NCBI GenBank assembly: GCA_964016885.1
Contig: OZ024745.1
Coordinates: 88,474,001 to 88,538,000 of the forward strand
Direction of reading: 5' to 3'
From: Eledone cirrhosa
Taxonomy: Eukaryota
Length of the DNA: 64,000 nucleotides
Both the position numbers and the translations under genes were made by a program. Shown here piece by piece: positions 27,130-40,772 of this stretch. The notes below the pieces were generated by a model, which saw only the letters and a program-made list of their open reading frames with translations, made no database searches and was not told the origin of the DNA. Within the stretch, counting starts at the first letter, position 1; each line of letters starts with the position of its first letter.

Positions 27130-29240
27130 CGTTTCTGAATTTGTTTAGCAAGATTCTTTGTCTGAAAACGTGTTGAAACCGATATTGTTATACTTTGGGA
27201 GGGTCATATTGCCAATAAGAAACACACGCACCATTTTCTTTCACTTCAATTTATTATAAATTAAATTTATAAATTTAGGAATTTATAAATTTCCGGTTGG
27301 TGGTTCCACAACCAGGCGATTGTTCATATATTGTCAAAGTTCTTTCGTCGCACATTCTGTGACCTCTTCAGTGACTGGGGATTATTTTCTTTGTTTTTGT
27401 GCCTCTCCTTTGTTCTGTCCTACGCCATCTTGTTTTTGTGTGTGTTGTGTGCTTAGTTTGCGCATGTTTTACATCCGGGTGCATGTGTGTGTTTATATTT
27501 GTTTATTTATTTGTTTATTTACATGTTACTGGTTGGTTGTTTGTTCTATGTGTGTTTGTTTTCATTTTGTCCTTAATTGTAAGTTGTGATGTTGCTGTTC
27601 CATTCATGTTTTCTATTTAATTTTGGTTGGAGTTCATTTATGTTTATTGCCTCTGTGATTTGTCTAAACATTGCGTCTTTTCTGTGTGTAGATACTATTT
27701 TATTTCTATGTTCTCTAATTTACCCTTATGTTCTATTTTAGCATGTTGGTGGAGTACAGATGATTCTTTACTATCTTGAAGGTCTCGCCAGTGTTCATTT
27801 ATACGTTCCCCTATACTACGAGGTGTCTCACATATGTACACTATATTCTTATCTCTATATTGTCCTTCAGTACATCTTATTCTATATACTACATTTCTAG
27901 TTTTACAGTTAATATGGGGGCTAAGTTTACAGATTATACATTTATTATCTATACAGGGAGGTCTTTGAAAAGGGTATGTATTGGTAATAAGTGTTTTTTA
28001 TGGAAGTACCTGGTCTTTCTACTATCTTAATATTGAGTTAATGTTTATCTAGGGCACTTCTAAATGTGTAAGCTAATTCACCTCTAGGGGTTGTATCGAT
28101 GAACATTACACTCTGGTATTTATTGCTACCATACCATGAGTTTATTCTATTAACCTTATTCCTAGTTCTTTCTATTCTATTCAAAAATGTGCTCCTATAC
28201 ACGGGGCAGGTCCCATTTGTATCATTATTTACCATTTTTTCCCATTTGCTTCTGGCTCCTCTATATACTCTGATTTTATCTCTCTGATTGTAACCAGAGA
28301 ACTGCATGCGGTGGATGAAGTGTTGTATGTGTCTCTCTAGTTCTTTGGGGTTGCACATGCGGGACACGTTTCTCATCACCCGTACCAAATCCGCAATCAT
28401 TATGGTGATTTTGGTATTGTCCGAAACAGCTGAGTTTTGGTGGATCAGATATTTGGAAGTCATGGGTTTGGCATAATGGGAATGGAGGATTTGTTTTTTG
28501 TTAGTAATGGTATCTAACCAGATCTCTGTGTCTAGTACAGGTAATAGATGGTTGGGGTGTTTGCTTGGGTAGTATATAGTAACTCTAATAGTCTGGTGGA
28601 TGGAGTTAGCTATTTGCTTGATGCGCTCCATGGTGTTTTTCTCTAATTCCAGACTGTTCTCTATGGAGGTGTTTTTACTACGATGTTTATATCATCAACG
28701 TAGCGGGAGTACATTATCAGGGTTAAGAGGTTGTTGTCTTCTAATTGTTCTTTAAGTTTACCTTTAAGTCCCACCATACCATGAATAGTTTAGCTATGTC
28801 ACCTGCAATGCTAACACCAATGGCTACTCCCTCCTCTTGGGTATATGTTTTTCCATTAAATTTGAACATATATTCCTTAAGGGTTAATTTGATACTGGCC
28901 CCCACCGCATGTACAATCATTTTCTTTAGTTCATCGTTGTTTTCAGGGGTCCGTATGTCTCTGGTCCACCCGTTCCATCTATCTGTGTGGGTTTTCTTGG
29001 CCATTGAGGTAATGGTAGGTGGTCTGCCTCTTGCTGGTCTTGTAGGGCACAGGTTTCTAAGGTCTTATGTATCTAGATAATCATTATGATAGGTAAGTTT
29101 ATGTAGGAGTCGCAGCTCACTGGTTTCAACCTCGGAATTCAACATTGCCCTCACTGATCATTTTTACGCATTTCTCCACAGCAAAATCCACGTCAATAGA
29201 TGGATATAGGGACACAACATCCATACTACATATTATACTG
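27130..29240 (-). mobile_element. Decayed Penelope-like element of a second, non-Naiad clade
   Basis: MDVVSLYPSI, GVAIGVSIAGDIA, SRYVDDI, PSKHP..LPVLD, and an ETPRSIGERINEH endonuclease remnant on minus strand. Confidence 0.8.
27333..27375 (-). ncRNA. Minimal type I hammerhead
   Basis: gtca-CTGAAGA-stem II-GAAA-g aa c-TT-tgac. Confidence 0.75.
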
Positions 29241-29254
29241 TTTGTTAGGTCCCT

Positions 29255-31230
29255 AGATCGGTTACTCTACGAGATCAGGAGAGAAATACCCAACCTGGGT
29301 GGCGGGCTGTACCGAGACGACGCACTCTTCACCGTAGTGGGCCACTGCACCACAATGGTAGAAAATATGAAGAGGAGAATTAGGCACTTCTTTAGCAAAG
29401 TATGACTTAAAGTAAAGATGGAACCCAATAGAAAAGTAGTGAATTTCCTGGACACCACCCTCTACCTCAACACCAAGCTAAACCACCCATATCATAAACC
29501 CAATGAGAAGCTGGTGTATATCAACGCTGGGTCTAATCACCCTAGATCTATATTTAAAGCCGTAGTTAAGAGTGTCTCTGACACGATCTGTAACTTGTCG
29601 GCCAATAAAGAGATCTTCAATAGTAACGCTGATTACTATAACTCAGCGCTAGCTAAGGCGTCCCACAGCCATAGGATCAGCTATAACTCTAGGGGACATG
29701 ATTGAGATGAGCCAAGGGTACCCCGGACCAATACCCTCAGGAGCATGAGTCGCCCACCTAATACCTCGGGGACCAGTAGAAACACTCTCAGACCCTCTCC
29801 GTCACCACACCGGTAGAAGGTCCCGCATACCCCTCCGGTCTAATACCTACAACGCTGAAGACCACTGTGCTGGGGCGCATAAACACCCCTGCAGCGGCCC
29901 CACCACACGCCGAAGCATAATTGAGCAGAGAGGCCGCACCTCGCAGGTTTATAGCCCCACGGTGGGCCCATATAACCCTCATGATAGTGACCGCTCTGCA
30001 CACCTGAGTGACACCAACCGAGCTCGACCTGAGCTGTGCACAACCACGCGATGGACCACGGCGCACACCCAACAACCTAGCAAGAATAGGACCAGGAAGA
30101 TCACATGGTATAACCCTCCGTACTCGGTGGGTCTACGTACCAGCCTGCCTAGAACATTCTTTAGAGTACGGGATAAATGTTTCCCTAGGCCCACAAGTAC
30201 CATAACATATTCAACAGGCACAGGGTGAAACATTCTTACTCAACCATACGCTCCGTAGCCCAGCACAGAGCTGGCATATATAGGAATAGGCTCACTGCCT
30301 CTAATACCACCTTAAACCCCGGACCCACCCAACTAAACCAGCACGCGGGACGCACCAGACCCCGGACAAGCCCAACTAGCACACCGGAACCCAACAACCC
30401 TGTGCTGATTGCGGCGGCTACCCAGCCAACCCCGAGTGATGGTAACCACGCGGTACATGTGGTGGGGCTTAAGAAGTCATGTAATTGCAGAGACCCATCA
30501 CTATGCCCCCTTAGTAATGAATGCATGACGAAAAACGTAGTCTACAGGTGCAAGGTCACAACCCCTAACTCGGAGCACCACTACATAGAATCCACAGCGA
30601 CGAGCTTCAAAGATAGGTGGTATAACCATCGCCATTCCTTTAACAGAATAGATAAGAGGAAATGTATGGCCCTTTCTGAATTGATCTGGAAGCTCACACT
30701 CGAAAAGACCCCGCACTCTCTGGTCTGGTCCGTGGTTAGAAAGGTTCCCCCAGACATAGGCGGGTCTAGTATTTGCAACCTCTGTCTTAGTGAGACACTA
30801 GAGATACTTCATGGCGGAACCAAGCTATTAAACAGAAGAGCCGACTTACTCGGTGCCTGCAGACACCTAAGGACGGGAACTTTCCTCAAGCTATATGAAT
30901 AAACCCCGGTTAAGGCCTCCCACAACGCCCCCCCTCCCTCCTGTAGGTCCCCTACACCCCGTACCAATGACCAATCGACAACAACAACCACCCATAGTTT
31001 GTGGTCCCTATGGTGGATGGTCCACCATACTGGTTAGGAGTCATCAAAACCACGATTTATTGAACCTGAGGAACGCCCCCGCCCGGGGGCGGCCCACACA
31101 GGAAGAACAATTATCCCAAGGTACTAACCCTATACGCATGAATGAGTGCCCGCAACCGTGCATTGTCTGTGTATACTGGGACTGCGTGAATATACACACT
31201 CATGTTAACGCAACGTAATACTAATACCCC
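29255..31230 (+). mobile_element. Naiad-type PLE, 5'-truncated, disrupted
   Basis: GGLYRDD, VNFLD, YHKPNE..YIN..SNHP, ITWYNPP, CNCR..CPL..C and GIY-YIG to 30902. Confidence 0.88.
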
Positions 31231-32190
31231 AGGTTGGATTGATAAATGTTCGAGTGTATGCTTAAGAGTATATTTGTATATACTCTCTTGTATGAGTGCA
31301 CATGTGTATATAGACATACACGCGCATCCAAAAGTATAAAAGTGTGGGTGGGTATATATGTCTGTACTAAGGGATTCGCCTAAGCTCCAAAGCCCCAAGC
31401 TATTGCTGTGAAGATATATATCACACTCTACCTTTGTCTTGTCTAAACAATAACTTTTCCAAACACCCACTTTACTTTTCTTTAAAAATAACTCCCACCT
31501 AGATTTGTCTGCATTATACTTGGATGTTGGGGCGTCTGTTGTATATATATATGCACTCGTGCCTACATATATATATATACACACCTGTATGGATTTGTGT
31601 GTGTAGATGTGTGTGTGTTTGAGGGGGTAGATGTACAAGTCAAACAACATAGTCTTTTTATTTCTAAATTTTTAAAACTATCTAAGTATTTGACTCTAAC
31701 CATTAATTTAAGTATTACCACCCCACATTAATTCCTCAATTTGTATGTGTGGATGTGCGTGTGTGTCTGTGGAGGTGGGTGTGAGTCTACGTGCAAGCCA
31801 ACCTACATCAGTTTTTTTATTTGTAAATTTTCTATTATAACCATCATTTTCAGTAGCACCACTCCACATAAATTCCTCAATTTAAGAATGACCTGTAGTA
31901 TCTATTTCATACTATTAACCTTAATTGAATATATATCTGACCAGGAATGCTTTTTGTGAAAATCAGTCATATGGAACTATTGTCATCTTGCCTGACGGTT
32001 TGAACTTTACAACATCACCTGCCTCTTTGAAGTCAAATACCAACCCTACTAGCATCTACAAACTGACCAATGCGAATTAAGACTATTCCTGCTGACAACA
32101 TTAAATTATTCCTAACAAGCTCACATGTCCCAAGGCTCTGATACCATCAACACTATAAACACAGAGCTGGCATATCTAAGAACTGACTAA

Positions 32191-32244
32191 CTGCCTGATG
32201 AGGTCATAGCCATTCAATGGCTACCATCGAAATATATATACAGG
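32191..32244 (+). ncRNA. Hammerhead-like motif in a TA-abutting solo terminus
   Basis: CTGATGA, stem II tagccatt/aatggcta, GAAA-tatata-TA; stem I imperfect. Confidence 0.55.
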
Positions 32245-32285
32245 AAATAATGGATTATGAGTTCATGCAATTGACTTATGTTTCG

Positions 32286-32339
<54 letters not shown>

Positions 32340-32342
<3 letters not shown>

Positions 32343-32515
32343 GTTTCTACTTTTTGGCACAAGGCCAGCAATTGCTGGTACCTTATTTTATCGACCCCAT
32401 AAGGAGGAAAGGCAAAGTTAACCTCGGCGGGATTTGAACTCAGAGTGGCGAGGGCCGTAACTTTATGCGTCAAAGCATGGCGTCCGACCCTCTACCGATA
32501 CTGCCAATCCACCGT
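32340..32515 (-). mobile_element. tRNA-derived SINE
   Basis: Same family as the other five copies; A and B boxes on minus strand. Confidence 0.88.
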
Positions 32516-32527
32516 CCTATATTATTA

Positions 32528-32561
<34 letters not shown>

Positions 32562-33220
32562 TTACGTATTATGTTGACAGACATGAGAAGAAAGTGCTCA
32601 AAACTGAAGCAGAATTTGAATATTCATTTATTATGTCTAAGTGCTGAAACTACAGTAACATGCTCACCACTTAGACATAATATATGAATATATATACATA
32701 TATATATATACGCACACACATATATATATATACATATATATATATATATGTATATGTAGGAGGTGAGTTTTATTGTAGTACAATAAATCAATACAAACCT
32801 TAACTTTACATTATTTCTTTTAATTTATACATTATCTTCCAACGGTTTTCAACCTCTCTATGTAATACAATATATCTTTCTCAGTTATAAAAGCTATCTC
32901 TCTCTCTCTATCACCCATCTCTCCTCCTATCTCATCCTTCCTCATTATACTCCTCCCTCTCCACTTTTTAATCTCATCTCCTCCTCTTTTTCATCCACCC
33001 CCCCCCCCTCAAAATAAAATATTTTTCCCAATATCGCACATCAATCTAAAACTACTTTTCATATGTTGATTTAAAACTGCACTATCCACAAGTGTTTTTT
33101 AACCTTCATATCATGTCTTCCTGTTTTATCTGATGAAAACACAAATATTATTGCATGATGATGTTTGTTTTTGAAATGCGCATAATAAAATACATGGAAC
33201 TCTTTTAACCATCTTTTGTT

Positions 33221-33313
<93 letters not shown>

Positions 33314-34171
33314 GTTCCTGTTTGTGTGTATGTATATATATATATAATCATCTCTACATATATATCTCAATATATCCTATTATTTGGGTGCATAACTCGA
33401 GTGCGCTTAGGTTTCCCCTACATACGAACGACTCTCCGCATGCGATGTTCGCGTGTGTGTATGTAGAAGATGCTAAAATGATTAAACTTTTGTTGAAGAC
33501 ATTTAGTAAGAGAATTATCTCGATATAAACATATATTGATCTGATTAGAAAGAAGAATGAGGTGCGGTGTATGGGAGAACTCTTTGCTGTTTGTGTTCAA
33601 TCGCTGTAAATCGGGGATTTAATTAGAAGTGACATGTACGTAAGCTAAACATTATTACTGAGACTGTAATATTTCCGAGGAACTTCTGACGCCTTTTATC
33701 TTTTTATTATGTCTGCTAGCTGTCGGAAATTTCTGAACCGAAAAATGAGTTTGCAAGAAGAATGTTTTATTGTGTGTTTAATAGTGTATCTTTTTCAAAT
33801 ATATATTGGTTTAGGTAAGTGACAGTATTACACAATTAATAGTGGAAAGCGTAAATATTGCACACATTCACTTACACATACACATACTCAGTATATGTAT
33901 GTGTATGTGATTCGTACGAACGTATGCGTGTATAAATGTATGTATATATGTATGGAAAATATTTTTTGGTTTAGGTAAATGACGGTATTGTATAATTATT
34001 AGTAGGAAGCGTAAATATTGCCATACATTCACTTACACATACACGTTGTATGTATGCATGTATGCACCCGCATGTGTACGTATGAGTGTAGGGATATATG
34101 TATTAGGTACGTATGCATGTATGTATGTATGTATGTATGTATCTATCTATGTATGTATGCAAGCGTGCATG

Positions 34172-34207
<36 letters not shown>

Positions 34208-34863
34208 TATGGATGGATGTTTGGATCTATGTATGGGTGGATGGGTGAATGTACGTATGTTTGTATGTATGTATACATGCATGTTTGTATGCATGAATAT
34301 ATGTATGTATTATGTATGCATGCATGTATATAGGGACGCATGTACGAAATGATATATGAGCGTTATATATATGTATGTATATATACATAGTAAAATTAAG
34401 TAAACTAACTGTTTACCAACAGCTTAATAACGGTTAATACAAACCTTAGAAAAGATAATTTACAGATAACAAATGCATAAGATAATATACCTACAATAAC
34501 AACATGGCCAGTAATTCGGAGGAATTTACATTTAACAAACACCTATTGATTATAAACGACTTAAAATAATCCCATAGTTAATAGCTGTGTGTAACAAACA
34601 ACACATGCACATAAATACGACCTACAACACAAACACACTTAATTGAAAATCACATAACAAACTCTATCTAGTGCTTTACATTACACCTTACATAAAAAAT
34701 ACCTCCATTATCACGCTAAATTGCACACTACCTTAAATATTTATAACAAATATAACATGCTTTAACACCCCACACAAAATATGTTTATTTCAATTGCATA
34801 AATATATAAACAGACTAAATAAAGATGGCGTAGGCATACAATGCAACGGGAGGAAACAATAGC

Positions 34864-34905
34864 ACCACTGACGATGTTGCAGATGTGCAACGAAAGAACT
34901 TTGAT
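34864..34905 (+). ncRNA. Minimal type I hammerhead, same type as 27333-27375
   Basis: CTGACGA-t gttgca gatg tgcaac-GAAA-gaac-TT-tga; short stem I. Confidence 0.65.
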
Positions 34906-35112
34906 AGGCTATATATATATGTGTTTGTGTCTAAATTGTATCTGTATTTTTGACCGTTGGTCAGTCAAGGCAACATTGAGGACCGAATAAATTAAATTAA
35001 CCGATATAAAAGACACAGAAGCGGAAACCAACCAAAGAGTGAGTGTGTTCTGTTATTACTTCTGGCAATATTACACAAATATGCCCCTCCCCAATTATAA
35101 CAATATATATAT

Positions 35113-35164
<52 letters not shown>

Positions 35165-35165
<1 letters not shown>

Positions 35166-38100
35166 CATATGAACATGGATAAATATCCTTTGGATTACTC
35201 TATCAAGAATATCCCAACACCTTCTAACACTTCCTATACGAAAATGCTGATAGACAAAGTAGAGAAAGTTGTTAAAAGAATGAGATGGAAAGGTTTGATT
35301 CTCGATGGACACTTTAACACGGACTCTACGGAACATTTTGATATCAAAACTCATAAATACCCGCAAAGAGTAAAATATATGACCTCTTTTGAACTAGACT
35401 TAGTTAATTTAATCAACAATATCAAATTTCGTATGTACTATAACTCTTTTCAATCTAAACTATCTAATGATATTTCAATATTCAAATCTTCTAAAAATAA
35501 GTTCATTTTCTCCGACAAAACTGAAAACTTATACGAAGTTAATAATAATTTACATTCCCAACTCTTAATAGATAACATCACCTCTAAATACCAAATAGCT
35601 AATATAAACATGTATAATAATATAAATAAGGAAGCTAAAGAATTAGCTAGCTCTTTAAAAATAGATAATAGGACAGAAAAACTTGCTAAACGTAATGCCT
35701 ATATCACTCTCAAAGATCACAAACCTGACTGTATTAATCGTCGTAGTTGTAGATTAATCAACCCTGCTAAGATTGATATCGGTCTTGCTAGCAAAAAAAT
35801 GTTAAATAATATAAACACACAAATTAGAAATAAGTCTTAATTACTCCAATGGGTAAATAGCTCTTCCGTAGTACATTGGTTTAATAATATTAAAGATAAA
35901 AATAGTTCTAGATTCACCCAATTTGACATTGTAGATTTCTACCCGTCCATTACTCAGCCTCTTTTAGCGAAAGCCTTAAATTTCGCTAGAAAGTTTACCA
36001 ATATTTCTGATATTGAAGAGAATGTCATCTTGCATGCTAGAAACACTCTACTCTTTACTAATAATGACACTAGGGTAAACATATCTAACCCAGAGAACCC
36101 ATTCGATGTCTCAATGGGTTCTTTTGACAGTGCTGATGTTTGTGATTTAGTTGGCCTATTCCTCCTACACACACTTAAAGAAAAATTCCATAACCATATT
36201 TTTGGGCTTTATCGCGACGATGGTCTAATACTTTCCCATACCACCATAGGACATAACTTAGATAGATTAAGGAAAGACTTAATAAAACCTTCGCTAGTTT
36301 TAATCTTAAAATTACTATTGACACTAACTTTTCCAATGTTAATTTTCTAGATATGAACCTAGATCTGCCTACTGCTTCTTATAAACCGTACCATAAACCT
36401 AATGAAAATTTAAAATATATAAATAAAGGCTCTTGCCATCCTCCTATAGTTTTGAAAAACCTTATCCCTAATATTAGCCGTAGGATCTCCACCCTCTCTT
36501 CCTCAGAAGCTATTTTCAATAAGGCATCCCCTACTATAATAAAGCCCTTCAAAATAGCGGATTTAGCGAACCGATTAAGTACATACCCAACAATACTAAC
36601 TCCTTTAAACATAATAATAGGAAAAGAAAAAATAATCTGGTTCACCCCCTCCCCCCTACTCTCTAGCAGTTAAAACTAATGTAGGCAAAAATTCCTAGAG
36701 CTCTTAGATAAACATTTCCCTAGAAAACATAGATACTATAATATCTTCAATAGAAACTGTGTCAAAATTAGCTAATCCTGCGGTCCCCCTATTAAATCTT
36801 ATATCATCAATAAGAAAACACCCAGAGCACATCAAATTTGCTCCTGTGGAGTCAAAAGTGAATGCCCATTACAAGGTAAATGCAATACCAAAGCCATTGT
36901 ATATGCGGCTAAAGTGACAACCATGAGAAACAACCTACCAGCCACCAGCGAACGATATGGGGGTATGACACAAGACAAATTCAAAACGCGTTATTACTCA
37001 CATGTCGCATCTTTCCGACATCCAGAAAAAAGATTTACAACAGCTCTGGCTAGCGGAATATGGGATTTGAAAGACCAAGGTATCCAATATAAATTGGATT
37101 GGTCAATTTTGAAACAATCTAAAGAATATGCAAGAGGAACAAGAAGATGCACACTCTGCATAAGTGAAAAATATTGGATTTTACAGAACCTTAAATCACC
37201 AAAAACCTGCCTAAATACAAAAACAGAAATTTTCACCAGTTGCCCATACATGAAATCACACTTGCTTTCCAGCTCATATAAACTTAACTCACTTTCAGAT
37301 ACTTATCCTCCATAAAGTCTTGTTCTTCACTTTCCTTAAATTATCCTCTTTACAGACTTCTCTTTCTGATTTACTTTCATTTTTAACTTTATTTTCATTT
37401 TTATTTTCACTTCACATCCACCAGTGACCCCCCCCCCCCTACTTTTTGATTCACTTACCTAATATCTTCACATTCCACACTTTACTTCCCCATTTTCTTT
37501 CACTACCTGATACTACATGTCATTTGCGTTTTCAACTCCAGATATATTCTGTTGTTTCGCAGCCGCTTTTATATTTGTATTTCTTTTTTTCATATGGCTG
37601 GTCTATAATTTGTATCTATGCATGTGAGTGTACATGCGCCTCCGTATGTGTGCGTGTGTGTGTCTATATGTGTGAGCATGTGTGTTTTTATATCTATATT
37701 TATACGAGTGTGTGTATGTGGGTGAACGTATGTGTATAAGTAGGTGTATATATATATGTATATGTATATGTATGTATGTGAGTGTATGCATGTACGTATA
37801 TAGTCGCATACGTACGTGTGCTTAGATATACGTGTGCCGATATATGTATATATATATGTGTGTTTCGTGTGTATGTATGTACGTATGCATGCGCTTTTGC
37901 CTGTACGTATTAATATATATATATATTTATATGTATATGTGCGTACGTGCGAACCTATGTTTGTTTTCTTTTTCTCTAGTATTAATTTATAATTGATAAC
38001 CCCTCCCTCTTGCTTTCTCTTTGATTTAAACAACATTTTTTTCTTTCTCCTATATTGTTTCATTTTTATATGTATCGAATATGACACTCTTTTTGACTAT

Positions 38101-38594
38101 CCGCATATAAATGATCGCGCGTGTCTCTTTATACGCGTGCTTTCATACTTGTATGTGTATATATTTAATACCTAAATCTGGATGTACATTATTTTTCAAC
38201 TTATATTATATACGTATTGGTCACACATACACTATTATGCTTGCCCTCATATACGTACTTACGCACACATACATTTTCACTATACACATGCATTTGTACA
38301 TACACACATATGTACATTTGTGAGTGAATATATACACATTTACACACATACCCTAACTACATTTCCTTATTTTTATATATCTTTTGCCTTATTTTTTTTG
38401 CCCGTTAAAATCTTGCCTTTCTTGAGGAGATTTTTCAAATATTTCACTGTTTTAAATTGCCTTGTCCGATGAAAGAATGAGGACGTTTTTCGTATTCGTC
38501 TTATTCGGGAAACCTCTGGTAATGAGGTAATTATATTGTATTGTTTATTATACATTGAATTTAGCTCTGGTACTTACATAGAGCACTCTTCACT

Positions 38595-38597
<3 letters not shown>
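35165..38597 (+). mobile_element. Naiad-type PLE, near full length, disrupted, with simple-repeat-rich 3' UTR
   Basis: DYSIKNIP N-terminus, TLKDHK..CRLINP, QFDIVDFYPSI, MGSFDSADVCDLVG, YRDDG, GIY-YIG to 37315; TA-flanked. Confidence 0.9.
38460..38527 (+). ncRNA. Type I hammerhead at the 3' end of the Naiad element
   Basis: ccttgt-CCGATGA-gaatgaggacg/cgtcttattc-GAAA-cc tct gg-TA-atgagg. Confidence 0.7.
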
Positions 38598-38632
<35 letters not shown>

Positions 38633-39133
38633 AAGGTTAAACAAGGTTCAATGAATAAAACAAAGATTACATTTTACAATAGATTGGAAGCACTCCACAG
38701 TAATTTTTTTATTTATATATATATATATTTGCATCATCTAATTATACGCTATTTATCACCGACAATACAAATCTCCCTCCCTATGCTTTATACTATAAAA
38801 ATTCTTCTTCCTTGTTTCTCTATCCTTAATAAATTCTCTTTTGCTTTCGTGCATAAGATATTTCTATACTTCAAGTAACTATCTTTTTCCTCATCTGTTT
38901 CTCTCTCTGTCTTTCTTCTTTCTTCAATAATTTAAATTATTTGAATCTCTAACAGTTATGTAAATTGCTATTATGTATTTTTATAAGATTTCTCACACGC
39001 ACCCTCTGTATTATATGTAATTTGTTCATGTCTCAATCTTAAGGTATATAAATATTGAGTTTTGTCATATCTTATTCACTGCCATGACTGAATTTTAACC
39101 ATCTACTAAGTCATGGTATGTCATGAATCATCT

Positions 39134-39200
39134 TATTTTATCTGATGAGGTCGTACTGTTGAAGATAGCTCAGTACCTCTGAAATATGTATAATAAAATA
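39134..39200 (+). ncRNA. Minimal type I hammerhead in a TA-flanked solo element (about 38630-39243)
   Basis: tattttat-CTGATGA-gtactg/cagtac-GAAA-ta tg ta-TA-ataaaata. Confidence 0.75.
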
Positions 39201-39251
39201 TTCTTGATCACACGAATGTCTATTTTTGTTAATATTTTGAATTAATATATA

Positions 39252-39303
<52 letters not shown>

Positions 39304-39318
39304 TACCCACATACGTAC

Positions 39319-39357
<39 letters not shown>

Positions 39358-39394
39358 TATCCACATACGCACGTATATATATATATATATATAT

Positions 39395-40405
39395 ATATAC
39401 CATAAAGTATGACCATAGAATAATTTGATAATATATATTCACCATTTCCTCCCCCAATTAGCATAATCAACCACATAAAAAATCAATTAGACCAGGCTAT
39501 AAGATTAAAAGTCACCTATGAAGAAATATAAGATAAATAAATGACAGCAATCTCTTCGCGGCCGACCGCCATAGAATATTTACCCAACACTTCAATAGCA
39601 CGTGGAAATCGACTAAATATACCGTCAACCATACACAATTAGGTATAAAATTAAAGTTAAAAGAAAGGCGTACACACTTACTAGGATTATGTCTCTACCC
39701 TCGACTTTTTCGTTCGCATTTTAAGATATCCTATTAAGGATAAAATATCGAGCTTCGAACTCGTCAGGAAAAAAACTCACAGGATAAGTAATTTTCTAAA
39801 ATGATCCCCGCCAGAAACAAATTCAAAATGGCTAAAAATCGTGACATGGCAGTGGTCAAGTCAGAAAGAATGTGATTGGTTGCTTACGGCGAGTGGGCTG
39901 GTTGCTAGAAAGCGCAGCCCAATATTGCCCAAATTGCATCTCAACCTAATAGGAGATTATTATATATAATGACTTACATATACACAGACTAAACAAAGTC
40001 ACAGATATATATATATGTTTTGGCAACCGTTCAAGATGTGGCTCAATGATGAATTAATAAATTAAATAATCTATTACTGGGGAGCTTTTAAGGAAGATGA
40101 TAAGCTACAGGAGAGGTTCACAATATTAATAAATTAAATAATCGGTCGGCCGCGAAGTGATTGCTGTCGTTTATTTATCTTATATTTCTTCATAGGTGCC
40201 TTTTAATCTTATAGCCTGATCTAATTGATTTTTTGTGTGGTTGATTATGCTAATTGAGGGAGGAAATGGTGTATATATATTATCAAATGATTCTATGGAC
40301 ATAATTTATGGTATATTGCTCTGATTATTTAATTTATTAATTCATCATTGAGCCACATCGTGAATGGTTGACAAAACATATATATCTGTGACTTTGTTTA
40401 GTTGT
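39395..40405. mobile_element. TA-flanked inverted-repeat PLE-terminus-like element with degenerate hammerhead at 39692-39771 (-)
   Basis: 39395-39568 is inverted at 40144-40316; 39990-40071 is inverted at 40323-40400; CTGACGA gttcg..cgaac GAAA on minus strand. Confidence 0.65.
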
Positions 40406-40735
40406 GCATATGTAAATCTTTATATATAAATATATATATATATACGCACATATATACTCACGCGTACATGCACATACATATATGTAAATATACACATGCG
40501 TACACAGATAAATATATACAGACGCACGTACACAATACAAGTGAGAAGACATAACACACGTACACAAACACACACACACATACATATACACACATACATA
40601 TACAGATGCGTACATCCACATACATATATATATATATATATATGCGTCCACACGTAAATATATATATATACACGTACACAATATAAGTGAGAGGACATAA
40701 CAGACTTACATACACGCACGTACACCCCCCCCCCC

Positions 40736-40772
<37 letters not shown>

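Noticed and set aside
35165-37315. Selenocysteine-encoding Naiad, as reported for some invertebrate Naiads
   Set aside because: The linker and endonuclease Cys codons I checked are TGT/TGC, and the interruptions are TAA stops or frameshifts. I recognised no SECIS.
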